A DNA stretch of 64,000 bases. It comes from an uncultured Gemmatimonadales bacterium (lineage in GTDB: Bacteria; Gemmatimonadota; Gemmatimonadetes; Longimicrobiales; Longimicrobiaceae). Numbering within the stretch: the stretch's first letter is position 1; each line of letters starts with the position of its first letter. The position numbers and the translations under genes are program-made. Below are positions 17,098-27,219 of this stretch, in pieces. The notes beneath the pieces were generated by a model, which saw only the letters and a program-made list of their open reading frames with translations, did not search any database and was not told the origin of the DNA. The stretch covers positions 1,024,001 to 1,088,000 of the forward strand of contig OY970303.1 in NCBI GenBank assembly GCA_963716255.1. Direction: 5' to 3'.

Positions 17098-18465
17098 TCA
17101 GTTGCGGCCGACGGCCTCGAGCGCGTACAGGCGGATCTTGTTGTGGAGCGTGGCGCGCGAGATCCCCATGGCCTCGGCCGCGTGGGTGCGGTTGCCGTCC
17201 AGCATGACCAGCGTGCGCTCGATGTGCCGGCGCTCCATCTCCTCCAGCGTCATCAGAGCCTGGTGCTCGCGCACCGGCGCGGCGGAGGGCGAGGGGGTGC
17301 GCACCTCGGGCGGGAGGTGCTCGGGGAGGATGATGTCCTCGCCCAGGGACAGCACCAGGGCGCGCTCCAGCACGTTGCGCAGCTCGCGCACGTTCCCCGG
17401 CCAGCCATAGGCAAGCAGGAGCCTGAGCGCCGCCTCGGAGAGGCGCGGTGCGCCGCGCGGGTGGATGGCCCGCAGGTCGCCCATGAGCCGGTGCACCAGC
17501 TCGAGCAGGTCCTCGCGCGAGCGCTCGCGCACGGGCGGGAGGGTGAGGGGGAGGACGTGGAGGCGGTAGTACAGGTCTTCGCGGAAGCGGCCGGCGGCCA
17601 CTTCCGCCTCCAGGTCGCGGTTGGTGGCGGCCACCAGGCGCACGTCCACCTCGATCTCGCGGGTCCCGCCCAGCCGCCGGAAGGTCTTGCGCTCCAGCAC
17701 CTTGAGCAGCTTGGGCTGGAGGTCGGGGGCAAGGTCGCCCACTTCGTCCAGGAAGAGCGTCCCCCCGTGCGCCACCTCGAAGAGGCCGCGCTTCATGGTC
17801 TTGGCGTCGGTGAAGGCGCCCTTCTCGTGCCCGAACAGCTCGGAGTCCAGGAAGTTGGCGGAGAGCCCGGCGCAGTTGACCTCCACGAAGGGGGCGCGCG
17901 CCCGCGGCGAGTGGGCGTGCAGCATCTGCGCGACCCACCCCTTGCCGGTGCCGCTCTCGCCCAGCAGGAGCACGGTGGTTCCCTCGGAGGCGGCGAGCAG
18001 CTCCACCTGCCGCGCGATCTCGCGCATCCGCGACGACCCGCCCAGGGTGGAGGTGTGGCGCCCCTCGGCCAGGCGCCCGGCGAGGGTGCGGTTGGCGCGG
18101 CGCAGCTCGGTCTTTTCCATCGCCCGGGCGGCGGCGGCGGCCAGGTGCTCCATCTCCACGGGCTTGGTGAGGAAGTTCTCGGCGCCCAGCTTCATCGCCT
18201 CCACCGCGGTCGCGATGTCGCCGTGCCCGGTGAGCATCACCACCGTGGCGTCGCGGGGGACAAGCACCTCCAGCGCGTCGATCCCGGAGATGCCGGGGAG
18301 GTGGAGGTCCAGGAGGACCAGGTCGGGGTGGACCGCCTCGTACAGGCGGATCCCTTCTTCGCCGGTCATGGCCCGGTGCACCTCCCACCCGGCGCGCTCG
18401 AAGAAGCGGCCGAGGGAGCGGATGACGTCGGGCTCGTCGTCGATGAGGAGGATGGAGCGCTGCAT
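17098..18465 (-). CDS. Sigma54-dependent response regulator (NtrC/AtoC family)
   Basis: [38 protein letters not shown], Fis-type HTH. Confidence 0.95.
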   Translation of the reverse strand: MQRSILLIDDEPDVIRSLGRFFERAGWEVHRAMTGEEGIRLYEAVHPDLVLLDLHLPGISGIDALEVLVPRDATVVMLTGHGDIATAVEAMKLGAENFLTKPVEMEHLAAAAARAMEKTELRRANRTLAGRLAEGRHTSTLGGSSRMREIARQVELLAASEGTTVLLLGESGTGKGWVAQMLHAHSPRARAPFVEVNCAGLSANFLDSELFGHEKGAFTDAKTMKRGLFEVAHGGTLFLDEVGDLAPDLQPKLLKVLERKTFRRLGGTREIEVDVRLVAATNRDLEAEVAAGRFREDLYYRLHVLPLTLPPVRERSREDLLELVHRLMGDLRAIHPRGAPRLSEAALRLLLAYGWPGNVRELRNVLERALVLSLGEDIILPEHLPPEVRTPSPSAAPVREHQALMTLEEMERRHIERTLVMLDGNRTHAAEAMGISRATLHNKIRLYALEAVGRN

Positions 18466-18567
18466 GCTGCCGCCTGCTGGGGGAACGTTCGGGGACGGAG
18501 TGTACGTTCCGGAGTGTCGGCGGCGGGCGGCGCGGACTGAAGGACAGGGGACAGCCGGCAACGGCGA

Positions 18568-18603
18568 CCCCCTCCCCCGGCCCCTCCCCGCAAGGGGGAG
18601 GGG
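18568..18603 (+). repeat. Short GC hairpin repeat, family R4
   Basis: CCCCTCCCCCGGCCCCTCCCCGCAAGGGGGAGGG type; other copies at ~20898-20937, 24861-24910, 30356-30407, 32530-32582, 38652-38688, 44748-44783. Confidence 0.75.
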
Positions 18604-18725
18604 AGTACGGCACCGACACCCCTCTCCCACGGAGAGGGGGAGAACGACGACGCTGAGGTGCGGGAAGCCCTCCCCCAGAATTGGGGGAGGGTGGCGAGCC
18701 TCAGGCGAGCCGGGTGGGGGCCCCG

Positions 18726-18874
18726 CGGACGCCAGCGCAAAACCCGCGTGAGGGATTTCGGCCCGAAGGGGCGAGACCCGGCGGCTGTTTGCCGGGGCTC
18801 GACTCCGTTGAGCAGCGTTGTTTGCTGCTCTACGGAGCCGAAGCCCGACCCCGGCGCCAGCCGGGGGCACGCCC
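18726..18874 (+). repeat. Structured intergenic repeat family R1 (~150 nt), copy A
   Basis: GCGTGAGGGATTTCGGCCCGAAGGGGCGAGAC...GGCTCGACTCCGT...ACGGAGCCGAAGCCCGACCCCGGC..GCCGGGGGCACGCCC; ten copies. Confidence 0.95.
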
Positions 18875-18980
18875 GGACCCGGCAGTCGTTCGTGCGACGA
18901 ACATTGCACGACGGAGGCGAGAGGGCGATGATTGGCGGAATTCGGTCTCACGCGGTTCCACCTTTCCGGATCCCTCCCCC

Positions 18981-20885
18981 ATGAACGGCATCACCTTTTC
19001 AGGGCTCGTGCAGTCGGGCGCCGGCGGGCTGTATCCGCTGGCGGGCAAGCGGGTCACGCTGTACGCGGCGACGGACGGAGCGCCCACCCCCCTCGGCAGC
19101 GGGACGACCGAAGGGAACGGGTGGGTGAGCATGCAGGTCCCCGATGCCCCTTCGGGCGGCATCCTGTACGTGACGGCGGACGCGGGCGGAGGCGTGGTGC
19201 TCATGACCGTCCTGGGGACGGACTTCGAGGGCTCGTTCGTCGTCAACGAGCTCACGACTGTGGCGGCCGCATTCAGCATGGCGCAGCTCGCGTCCGGCGG
19301 CACCCTCCAGGGGCCGGCGCCCGGCCTGCGGACCGCGGCGGGAATGTGCGCCAACCTGGTCCCGGCCTACTCGGGGATGCCGTCGCCGGTGATGCAGTCC
19401 TCGCCCAACGCGGACGAGACGATCGCGCTGCGATCCATCCGCGCGCTGGGGAACCTGGTCGCCGCGTGCGTGCGCGGGGTGCCGGACGCGACGCGGACGC
19501 TGCTCGCGCTCGCGACCCCGCCGGGCGGAGACCCGCCCGCGGACACTTTCCAGGCGCTCGTGGGCATCGCCCGCAACCCGGCGAACAACGTGGGCGCCAT
19601 CTTCCAGCAGGCGCAGCTCGCGGAGGTGTACACGCCCGCGCTGGAGCCGGAGCAGCAGCCGGACGCGTGGACGCTGGCGGTGAAGGTGAACGACTCGGGG
19701 GACGACGCCTTCATGTTCGGCGGGCCGGCCAACCTCGTCTTCGACGCGAACGGCTACGCCTGGATCGCCAACAACGTCATCCAGGGGCAGCCGTACTCGG
19801 CAAAGTGCATCATGGTGCTGCGGCCGGACGGCAGGCCGGCGGACGGAACGGACGGGACGCCGAAGTCGCCGGTGTCCGGAGGGGGCATCTGGGGACCGGG
19901 GTGGGGGATCGACATCGACCCGGACGGCAACGTGTGGGTGGGCAACTACGGCTGGGGCCACGACGACGACCCGCCCGCGGGGAGCGTGACGGAGCTCCGC
20001 GCCGACGGCACGCCGGTCTCGGGCGACGAGGGATACGTCAACGAGCTCGATCGCGTGCAGGCGGTCCGGTCGGACGGCGCCGGCAACATATGGATGGCGA
20101 GCTTCGGAAACGACCAGCTGGTCTGCTACCCGGGCGGCGTGGAGGGGAATGCGATCGCGGTGAAGAGCGGGAGCAAGCCGTTCGGCGTCGCCATCGCGGA
20201 CGACGGCAGCGCCTGGGTCACCAACGGCGGGGGCCTGGGATGGCCCCGGGCAAACCCGAGCACCGTCTGCCGCTACAGCCTGGACCTGGAGGCCGGGCGG
20301 CTGAAGCCGGAGATGGAGGTGGGGGTGGGGTACGCGGTCAAGGTGGTCGTGGTCGACTCGCAGCAGCATGGCTGGATCGCGTCGTCCGGGGACAGCAAGG
20401 TGTACCGCATCAGCCCGGACGGAACGAAGATAAGCCAGTTCGACGGCGGGGGGATCGACACGCCGTGGGGGCTCGCGGTGGACGGCGAGGACAACGTGTG
20501 GGTGGCCAACTTCGGCAAGCTGGGCCCGGGCGAGGTCTTCACCACGGGCGCGCTCTCGGTGCTCGCGGGGGCCACGGAAAAGAACCGGCGGGCGGGGCTG
20601 AACACCGGGGACCCCATCTCACCCTCCACCGGCTACACGCTGAAGTCGGCGGGCGACCCGGTGCGGCTGCACAACGGCGAGCTCCTGTACGGACCGGAGA
20701 GCGAGCCGTGCTACGATCCGCTGATGCGCTCCACCAGCTGCGTGATCGACCAGGCCGGCAACGTGTGGGTGGTCAACAACTGGAAACCGGACTTCAGCAG
20801 CGACTTCCTCCCGAAGGCGGGCAACCCGGGCGGCGACGGCATCGTGATCTTCGTGGGCCTCGCGAAGCCTCCCCGGCGGGCCTGA
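18981..20885 (+). CDS. NHL-repeat/beta-propeller protein
   Basis: Repeated FDANGYAWIANN, IDPDGNVWVGNY, VDGEDNVWVANF, IDQAGNVWVVNN. Confidence 0.85.
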   Translation: MNGITFSGLVQSGAGGLYPLAGKRVTLYAATDGAPTPLGSGTTEGNGWVSMQVPDAPSGGILYVTADAGGGVVLMTVLGTDFEGSFVVNELTTVAAAFSMAQLASGGTLQGPAPGLRTAAGMCANLVPAYSGMPSPVMQSSPNADETIALRSIRALGNLVAACVRGVPDATRTLLALATPPGGDPPADTFQALVGIARNPANNVGAIFQQAQLAEVYTPALEPEQQPDAWTLAVKVNDSGDDAFMFGGPANLVFDANGYAWIANNVIQGQPYSAKCIMVLRPDGRPADGTDGTPKSPVSGGGIWGPGWGIDIDPDGNVWVGNYGWGHDDDPPAGSVTELRADGTPVSGDEGYVNELDRVQAVRSDGAGNIWMASFGNDQLVCYPGGVEGNAIAVKSGSKPFGVAIADDGSAWVTNGGGLGWPRANPSTVCRYSLDLEAGRLKPEMEVGVGYAVKVVVVDSQQHGWIASSGDSKVYRISPDGTKISQFDGGGIDTPWGLAVDGEDNVWVANFGKLGPGEVFTTGALSVLAGATEKNRRAGLNTGDPISPSTGYTLKSAGDPVRLHNGELLYGPESEPCYDPLMRSTSCVIDQAGNVWVVNNWKPDFSSDFLPKAGNPGGDGIVIFVGLAKPPRRA

Positions 20886-20965
20886 CCCGCGGATCTACCC
20901 CTCATCCCCCGTCCCCCTCCCCCGCAAGGGGGGAGGGTGGCGCGCAGCGCCGGGTGGGGCCCCCG

Positions 20966-21114
20966 CGGACGCCAGCGCGAAACCCGCGTGAGGGATTTCG
21001 GCCCGAAGGGGCGAGACCGCGCGGCTCTTTGCGCGGGCTCGACTCCGTTACGCACGGTCGTTTCGTGCGTTACGGAGCCGAAGCCCGACCCCGGCGCCAG
21101 CCGGGGGCACGCCC
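20966..21114 (+). repeat. Repeat family R1, copy B
   Basis: Same architecture as copy A. Confidence 0.95.
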
Positions 21115-21138
21115 AACCCCGCCGTTTTCAGTAGCCGT

Positions 21139-22473
21139 TCAGCCGGAAGAACGCCTGAGGCGCAGCACGGACACGCGCCTCTCGTCCACCTCCTCCACCC
21201 GCAGCTCCATCAACCCGGCGGCGGAAGAAACCGCGACCACGTCGCCGACCACGGGCACCCGCTCCAGCGCCCCGAAGACGAACCCGCCCACGGTGTCGAA
21301 GTCCTCCTCGGGGAGCCCGGTGCCGAAGCGCTCGTTGACCTCGGAGATGGACGCGCCGCCGTCGATCAGCACGTCGCCCTCGGGGGTGGCGGCGAAGTCG
21401 GGCTCGGCGACGTCGTGCTCGTCGTTGATGTCGCCGACGATCTCCTCCAGCAGGTCCTCCATGGTCACCAGTCCGTACGTCCCCCCGAACTCGTCCAGCA
21501 CGATGGCCAGGTGCACGCTCTGCTGCCGGAACTCGGCGAGGAGATCGTCCACCGGCTTGGTGTCGGGGACGAAGTAGGGCTCGCGCATGACGCGGCGCAC
21601 GTCGAACGATTCGCCCACGGCGGGATCGCGGTCGCGCAGCAGCGGGAGCAGGTCCTTGCTGAGCACCACGCCCACGATGCTGTCGATGGAGCCCTCGTAC
21701 ACGGGAAAGCGGGAGTGGCCCTCGGTCACCACCGTTTCCAGGAGCGCGTCCAGGGAGATGTCGGCGGGGACGGAGACCATCTCGGTGCGGGGGGTCATCA
21801 CCTCGCGCGCGACGGTGTCGGTGAACTCGAAGACGCCGTGGATCATCTCGCGCTCGTCCTCCTCCACCACCCCCTGCTCGGAGCTGCGCGCCACGAACAT
21901 GCGGATCTCGTCGGGGGTGTACACCAGCGGGTGGAAGCCGGTGGAAACGCCGAAGGGGCGCAGCGCGGCGGGGACCAGCCGCGCCAGCGGCCAGGTGAGC
22001 GGCCGCAGCAGCAGCGCGACGGCGCGCAGCGGGCCCAGGGTGAGCCGCGCCACGCGCTCGGCGCGCCCGGCCCCCAGGAGCTTGGGGAGCTGCTCGCCCA
22101 CCAGGGCGTGCAGCAGCACGACGGCGGCGACGGCCAGCGCGGCGGCGGCGCCCTGGGGCAGCGTCGTCCCCACCAGGCGCGGCGCGGCGCCGGGCGGAAG
22201 CGCGGCGTAGCTGCCCTGCACGGCGAGCGCGGCCAGCCAGCCCAGGAGGACGGAGGCGGTGCTCCGGCCCAGCTGCGCGGTGAGCGCCAGCTCGTCGGTA
22301 CGGTCGGCGGGGACGGGGGCGCGGACGGCGCCCGGCTCACCTTCGCGTTGGCGCGGCTCCACGGAGCGGCGGCGGAGCGTGAGGAGCGCGAACTCGGCTG
22401 CGGTGAAGAATGCGTTTGCCGCGAGGAGCGCGGGCAGCGCGACGAGGAAGGGAACGGCTGGGTGGGTGTCCAT
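21139..22473 (-). CDS. Hemolysin/CorC (CNNM-CBS-CorC) family protein
   Basis: NAFFTAAEFAL, GEQLPK, VMTPR, HSRFPV, LDEFGGTYGLVTMEDLLEEIVG. Confidence 0.9.
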   Translation of the reverse strand: MDTHPAVPFLVALPALLAANAFFTAAEFALLTLRRRSVEPRQREGEPGAVRAPVPADRTDELALTAQLGRSTASVLLGWLAALAVQGSYAALPPGAAPRLVGTTLPQGAAAALAVAAVVLLHALVGEQLPKLLGAGRAERVARLTLGPLRAVALLLRPLTWPLARLVPAALRPFGVSTGFHPLVYTPDEIRMFVARSSEQGVVEEDEREMIHGVFEFTDTVAREVMTPRTEMVSVPADISLDALLETVVTEGHSRFPVYEGSIDSIVGVVLSKDLLPLLRDRDPAVGESFDVRRVMREPYFVPDTKPVDDLLAEFRQQSVHLAIVLDEFGGTYGLVTMEDLLEEIVGDINDEHDVAEPDFAATPEGDVLIDGGASISEVNERFGTGLPEEDFDTVGGFVFGALERVPVVGDVVAVSSAAGLMELRVEEVDERRVSVLRLRRSSG

Positions 22474-22493
22474 GGGAGGCGGCGCAGTGGCCG

Positions 22494-22521
22494 GTCGGGG
22501 CCCCGGGAGCGGGGCCCCGAC
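22494..22521. terminator. Perfect 12-bp hairpin downstream of 22531..22863
   Basis: GTCGGGGCCCCG-GGAG-CGGGGCCCCGAC. Confidence 0.45.
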
Positions 22522-22530
22522 GCTTCCGCG

Positions 22531-22863
22531 TCAGGCGGCGGAAGCGGCGACTTCTTCCTCGCCCGCCTCGTCCCCGTCCTGCTCGGACGGGGTCTCCACG
22601 GACTCGCCGCCCGCGGCGGCGTTGTCGATCACGGGGCGGCAGAAGCGGAGACCGATGTTCTTGAGGTCGGTCAGCTCTTCTTCCCCGAGCGAGGGGTAGC
22701 ACTCGCCGAGGTACTCGATGGTGTCGTTCATCCACTCGAGCTGCTGCTCCTCGGTGGAGCGCAGCACGCCACAGCGGTGGATGTGGCCGAACAGGTCGTT
22801 GCGCGCCTGCTCGACTTCACTGGGCCCGCGGCTCGGGGCGGTCGGCTTCTTCTTCCGGGTCAA
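22531..22863 (-). CDS. Hypothetical protein (TTG start, 110 aa)
   Basis: GGAGG RBS before TTG; ARNDLFGHIHRCGV...GLRFCRP; acidic tail. Confidence 0.7.
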   Translation of the reverse strand: MTRKKKPTAPSRGPSEVEQARNDLFGHIHRCGVLRSTEEQQLEWMNDTIEYLGECYPSLGEEELTDLKNIGLRFCRPVIDNAAAGGESVETPSEQDGDEAGEEEVAASAA

Positions 22864-22988
22864 AATGCCTCCACGATATGTGCAGTGGCACCTCGCGCGC
22901 GAGGTGAGAATTCGGTGTTCGTCTGAAGCTACAAATATAGCACGTTGCGGGGTTTCTGGAAACACCCGCCCCCCGTCCGGCGGGAGCG

Positions 22989-23004
22989 GGGCGCGGCACT
23001 TGCA
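22989..23004 (+). promoter_or_regulatory. Candidate sigma54 promoter
   Basis: GGGCGCGGCACTTGCA about 50 nt before ATG 23056. Confidence 0.55.
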
Positions 23005-23055
23005 CGCCGGGGTCCCGACAGGCCCCGCGGGGCCCCCGACCGCTCGCACCACACG

Positions 23056-23895
23056 ATGATCGCGCGCTTCGTCCCCCCGACTCCGGACCGCACGCTCTCC
23101 GGCGCTCCACGCCTCCCCGCGAGGTGGCCGTGGCTGCCGGACCGCCGCTTCGTCACCGAGGTGCCGCCGCACCGCATCCACGCGGCGGAGTTCGGGACGG
23201 AGGGGGAGCCGCTGGTGCTGCTGCACGGCCTCTCGGGGTCGTCGCGGTGGTGGCGCCGCAACGTGCCGGAGCTCGCCCGCAGCTTCCGGGTGGTGGTGCC
23301 GGACGTGATCGGCTTCGGGCGGACGCGGGTGCGCGGCAGGCTCCCGCCCATCGGGGAGATCGCGGACCTGCTGGCGGGATGGATGGACCGGCTGGCGCTG
23401 GGCCCGGTGGACCTGGTGGGCCACTCCATGGGCGGACAGATCGCGGTGCACCTGGCGGCGCGCCACCCGGAGCGGGTGAAGCGGCTGGTGCTGGTGGACG
23501 CGGCGGGGATCCCCCGCCCCGTCACCCCGCGCACGCTGGTGCGCTTCGCGGCGGAGGTGTCGCCACCGCGCCGCTGGGGCGATCCGTTCTTCCTCCCCAC
23601 CATCGTCGGCGACGCGCTGCTGGCGGGGCCGCGCACCATCCTCCGCGCCATCGGCCACATCCTGCGCGACGACGTGCGCCCCCTCCTGCCGCGGATCGCC
23701 GTGCCCACGCTGGTGGTGTGGGGGGAGCTGGACACCATCATCCCGGTGGAGCACGCCCGCGAGTTCCGCGAGGGGATCCCGGGGGCGCGCCTGGCGCTGC
23801 TCCGCGACGCGGCCCACAACCCCATGGTGGACCGCCCGGACGCTTTCAACCGGCTGGTCGCGGACTTCCTGCGCGGCGAGAGCGTGGGCGAGTGA
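23056..23895 (+). CDS. Alpha/beta-fold hydrolase
   Basis: LLHGL, GHSMGG nucleophile elbow, WGELD, AAHNP. Confidence 0.9.
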   Translation: MIARFVPPTPDRTLSGAPRLPARWPWLPDRRFVTEVPPHRIHAAEFGTEGEPLVLLHGLSGSSRWWRRNVPELARSFRVVVPDVIGFGRTRVRGRLPPIGEIADLLAGWMDRLALGPVDLVGHSMGGQIAVHLAARHPERVKRLVLVDAAGIPRPVTPRTLVRFAAEVSPPRRWGDPFFLPTIVGDALLAGPRTILRAIGHILRDDVRPLLPRIAVPTLVVWGELDTIIPVEHAREFREGIPGARLALLRDAAHNPMVDRPDAFNRLVADFLRGESVGE

Positions 23896-24680
23896 CGGCC
23901 GCGGTGGAGGGGAGCCCGCTCGCCCGGGCGGCGGCGGAGTGGGCGGGGACGCTCCGGGTGGAGGTGGGCCCCTGGCACATGCGCTTCCACCAGGCCGGCG
24001 AGGGCCCGCCGATCGTACTGGTGCACGGCCTGGGGGTGTCGGCGGACTACTGGTACCGCAACGGCCCGCCGCTGGCCGCCGCCGGCTTCCGGGTGCTGGC
24101 GCCGGACCTGCCGGGCTTCGGGCGCACGGAGGGCCCGCCTGGCGGGCTCCCCGTGCGCAGCCAGGCGGCGGCGCTGCTGGCCTGGGCGCGGGCGCTGGAG
24201 CTGGGTCCCGCGGTGTACGTGGGCCACTCGCTCTCCTGCCAGACCGTGCTGGAGCTGGCCGCCGCGACGCCGGAGGCGGTGTGCGGCCTGGTGCTGGCCT
24301 CCCCCACTGGAGCCCCCCACGGCCACCGCCTGCTGCGCCAGGGGTGGGGCTTCCTGCTGGACGTGCCGCGCGAGGACCCGCGCCTGGTCCCGGTGGTGGC
24401 CCAGGCCTACCTGCGCGCGGGCCCCCTGCGCGTGTTCCGCACCTGGCGCCAGGGCGCGGAGCACGACCCGCTGCCGCTGCTCCCGTGCGTGCGGGCCCCC
24501 GCGCGCGTGGTGGTGGGAGAGCGCGACCCGGTGGTGTCGCCGGAGTTCGCGGAGGCGCTGGCCCGGGGGCTGCCGGGGGAGGGGCGGGTGGTGTGGATCG
24601 AGGGGGCGGCCCACGCGGTGCACTTCGGCGACGCGGAGGCGTTCAACCGCGCGGTGCTGGAGTTCGCGGCGGGGTTGTGA
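23892..24680 (+). CDS. Alpha/beta-fold hydrolase
   Basis: LVHGL, DLPGFG, GHSLS, GERD, AAHAV; GTGA overlap with the previous gene. Confidence 0.85.
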   Translation: MTAAVEGSPLARAAAEWAGTLRVEVGPWHMRFHQAGEGPPIVLVHGLGVSADYWYRNGPPLAAAGFRVLAPDLPGFGRTEGPPGGLPVRSQAAALLAWARALELGPAVYVGHSLSCQTVLELAAATPEAVCGLVLASPTGAPHGHRLLRQGWGFLLDVPREDPRLVPVVAQAYLRAGPLRVFRTWRQGAEHDPLPLLPCVRAPARVVVGERDPVVSPEFAEALARGLPGEGRVVWIEGAAHAVHFGDAEAFNRAVLEFAAGL

Positions 24681-24704
24681 TACCGGTCCGGACGAGCAGG
24701 ATTT

Positions 24705-24853
24705 GGGCGTGCCCCCGGCTGGCGCCGGAGTCGGGCTTCGGCTCCGTAGGGCTGCAAACAACGCAGCCCAACGGAGTCGAGCCCCGGCAAACAGCCGCCG
24801 GGTCTCGCCCCTTCGGGCCGAAATCCCTCACGCGAGGCTGGGGCTGGCGTCCG
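24705..24853 (-). repeat. Repeat family R1, copy C
   Basis: Reverse complement of the R1 consensus. Confidence 0.95.
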
Positions 24854-25001
24854 CGGCAGGCCCCCTCCCCGGCGCCGCGCGCCGCCCCTCCCCCGCAAGC
24901 AGGGGAGGGGAAAACAACAATGGCGGAACGGCGCGCCTGCGCGCCGTTCCGCCGTTGTTGTCCCGCCGTAAGCAGTTCCGCAGTACCCATATCGATCTGT
25001 T

Positions 25002-25129
25002 CGGGGGGAGACTCGCCGGCTGTTTGGCGAGGCTCACCCCGGCGGAGGGAGACAGCCGGGCAGTTTCGGCTGGCTCCCGGAGCCCGCGCAGGAGACGGAC
25101 GGCTGTATCGTCCGGCTCCGTAGCGGCCC
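25002..25129 (+). repeat. Repeat family R2, copy d
   Basis: Three GAGAC...GGCTC arms. Confidence 0.9.
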
Positions 25130-25134
25130 GCCGC

Positions 25135-26142
25135 CTACCGAGAATCCAGCTTCTCCGCGATCGCCCAGGCGAGAAGCGGCACCATGATCTCGTGGTGCCC
25201 GGTGATCTGAAAACCCCGCCCCCCGCCGGACCGCGTCGGCCGCTCGACCACGTTGACCCGGGGACGGTAGTGCCGGAGCATGTCCAGGTCGCAGGTGACG
25301 AACTCCCCCGGCCGCCCCCCGCCCAGGTTCCGCGCCACCGTCAGCGCCTTGAGGAACACCTCGGGCATGACCACCGCCGACCCCACGTTCAGCACCACCC
25401 CTCCAGAGTCCAGACCGGGCAGCGCGCCGGCCAGGCGCCGGAAGTCCCGGTGGCCGGTGTCGCCGATGGCGGCGCCGTCCGCGAGCGGGTGCTGGTGGAT
25501 GATCTCCGCGCCCAGCGCCGGGTGGATGGTGTACTGCACGCCCAGCTGGTGCGACTGGAGGAGCAGCGACAGCTCCGGGAACGCCAGGTCGGCGCGGGAG
25601 TCCAGGTCGCGGGCCAGCGCCTCGCCCATCCCCCACCCCGCCTCCGTGCCGCGTCGGAAAGCCCGGTTCATGTCCGCCCCGGTCTCGTCCGCCATGCCGA
25701 ACGACCCGTCGCGCAGCCCGGCCTCCACGTCCTCGCTGGTGCCGCCCCAGCGCGCCATCTCGTAGTCGTGGATCGCGGCGGAGCCGTTGGAGGCCAGGTG
25801 GGTGGCGGCCCCGCGCCGCATCAGGTCGATGAAGACCGGGGCGAGCCCGGTCTTCACCACGTGGCCGCCCAGCATCCACACCACGGCCCGCCCGCCGCGC
25901 ACCGCCGCCGCGACGGCGTCCACCACCTGGAGGAAGGCTTCCGCCTGCAGGATGCGCGGCAGCGAGCCCAGGAACGCGCCGAAGCCGCGCGCGGCGGCAT
26001 CGGCCGGGGGCGGCGTGGCGAAGTGCTCGGCGAGCACCTTGTTTGGGCGCCCGCCCACGGGGACGGTGCGGACGAGGGAAAGGTCCGCCTCCGGACGCGG
26101 TGCCGGCGCGGACCTCTGGGGAGTGTCGTCGGGTGGGGTCAT
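25135..26142 (-). CDS. Deoxyhypusine-synthase-like fold conserved protein
   Basis: GGHVVKTG, NGSAAIHDYE, FGMADETG, NVGSAVVMPEVFLKAL, GHHEIM. Confidence 0.75.
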   Translation of the reverse strand: MTPPDDTPQRSAPAPRPEADLSLVRTVPVGGRPNKVLAEHFATPPPADAAARGFGAFLGSLPRILQAEAFLQVVDAVAAAVRGGRAVVWMLGGHVVKTGLAPVFIDLMRRGAATHLASNGSAAIHDYEMARWGGTSEDVEAGLRDGSFGMADETGADMNRAFRRGTEAGWGMGEALARDLDSRADLAFPELSLLLQSHQLGVQYTIHPALGAEIIHQHPLADGAAIGDTGHRDFRRLAGALPGLDSGGVVLNVGSAVVMPEVFLKALTVARNLGGGRPGEFVTCDLDMLRHYRPRVNVVERPTRSGGGRGFQITGHHEIMVPLLAWAIAEKLDSR

Positions 26143-26246
26143 CGCTCGGCTCGGGGTCCCGTGGCGCCCCGGCCGCCGCCGGGGATGCGCAAAGCTACGG
26201 GGCCGGAGCCGGGAGCGAAACCGGCGGGGAGCGGCCGCGCAATCCT

Positions 26247-26377
26247 CCGCGTGAGGGATTACGGCCCGAAGGGGCGAGACCCGGCGGCTGTTTGCCGGGG
26301 CTCGACTCCGTTGGCGAGCGTTGTTTGCTCGCCTACGGAGCCGAAGCCCGACCCCGGCGCCAGCCGGGGGCACGCCC
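26247..26377 (+). repeat. Repeat family R1, copy D (lacks the 5' extension)
   Basis: R1 core. Confidence 0.95.
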
Positions 26378-26393
26378 AACCCCGCAGTTCGAA

Positions 26394-27206
26394 TCAGCGC
26401 CCGGCCTGGTACTCCGTCATCTGCATGGTGAGCGACCCGATGACGGGCACCCTGCTGCGGATCATCACCGGAATGCGTCGCGCGTCGTCGCTGAAGTACA
26501 CCTCGGCCTCGCCGCCCTCGCTGAACAGCCCCTTGGTGCGGATGACGGGGCGCACCACGATGGTGCGGAAGGTGCCGGCGGGGACGGTCACCGTCTCGCG
26601 CCGCAGCACCCGCAGCACCACCGGGTTGCCGCTTTCCTTGAAGTACTGGTTCAGCCGGTACGTCTCGCCCACCTTGAGCGGCAGGGTGCGGGCGTAGTAG
26701 AGGAACGAGATGTCGTCCAGCGGACGGTCGGTGGGGATGCTCCCCGTCTCGCCGTTGTCCAGCCGCCGGTACTGGCGCTGCTCCGGGAAGAACTCGTAGG
26801 TGCGGTTGCGCTCGAAGCGGACCTCCTGCTGGTCCTGCTTGAAGCGGCGGGAGAAGTGTCCGGCCACGTCGATCCAGGTGTCGAACTTGTCGTCCACCCG
26901 GGCGATGCGGTTGCCGCCGGACAGGCGGAAGCGGGCGTGGTAGGTGTCGTGGCCGTGGACCTTCTCGATCCCCACCACCTGCATGACGCCGCTCCCCACG
27001 CGGATCACGCCCAGCTTGACCTGGTACGACGCCTTCTCGCCGGCCCCGAAGGGCGCGGCGGGGAGCTCCGTCTCCGGCGCCGAGTCCTGCGGCGCGGCGA
27101 CCAGCTGCTGCTGCTCGGCGGCGGCGCGCGCGTCGGCATGCACCGCGAGCCCGAGAACGGCCGCGAGGACGACGAGCGCCCGGCGGCCGGCAGATCTATT
27201 TGGCAT
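26394..27206 (-). CDS. DUF3108 family exported protein
   Basis: Signal peptide; PFGAGEKASY, VTVPAGTF, YFSDDARRIPV. Confidence 0.8.
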   Translation of the reverse strand: MPNRSAGRRALVVLAAVLGLAVHADARAAAEQQQLVAAPQDSAPETELPAAPFGAGEKASYQVKLGVIRVGSGVMQVVGIEKVHGHDTYHARFRLSGGNRIARVDDKFDTWIDVAGHFSRRFKQDQQEVRFERNRTYEFFPEQRQYRRLDNGETGSIPTDRPLDDISFLYYARTLPLKVGETYRLNQYFKESGNPVVLRVLRRETVTVPAGTFRTIVVRPVIRTKGLFSEGGEAEVYFSDDARRIPVMIRSRVPVIGSLTMQMTEYQAGR

Positions 27207-27219
27207 GTCTCCTCATGGT

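Noticed and set aside
18726..18874. R1 as tRNA, hammerhead ribozyme or integron attC
   Set aside because: No tRNA cloverleaf with T-loop and CCA, no CUGANGA/GAAA hammerhead core, no RYYYAAC...GTTRRRY ends and no integrase in the window
18681..18980. Recurring peptide motifs such as REGFRPEGARP and VRDFGPKGRD in several ORF N-termini
   Set aside because: They are translations of the R1 repeat; the real starts lie downstream
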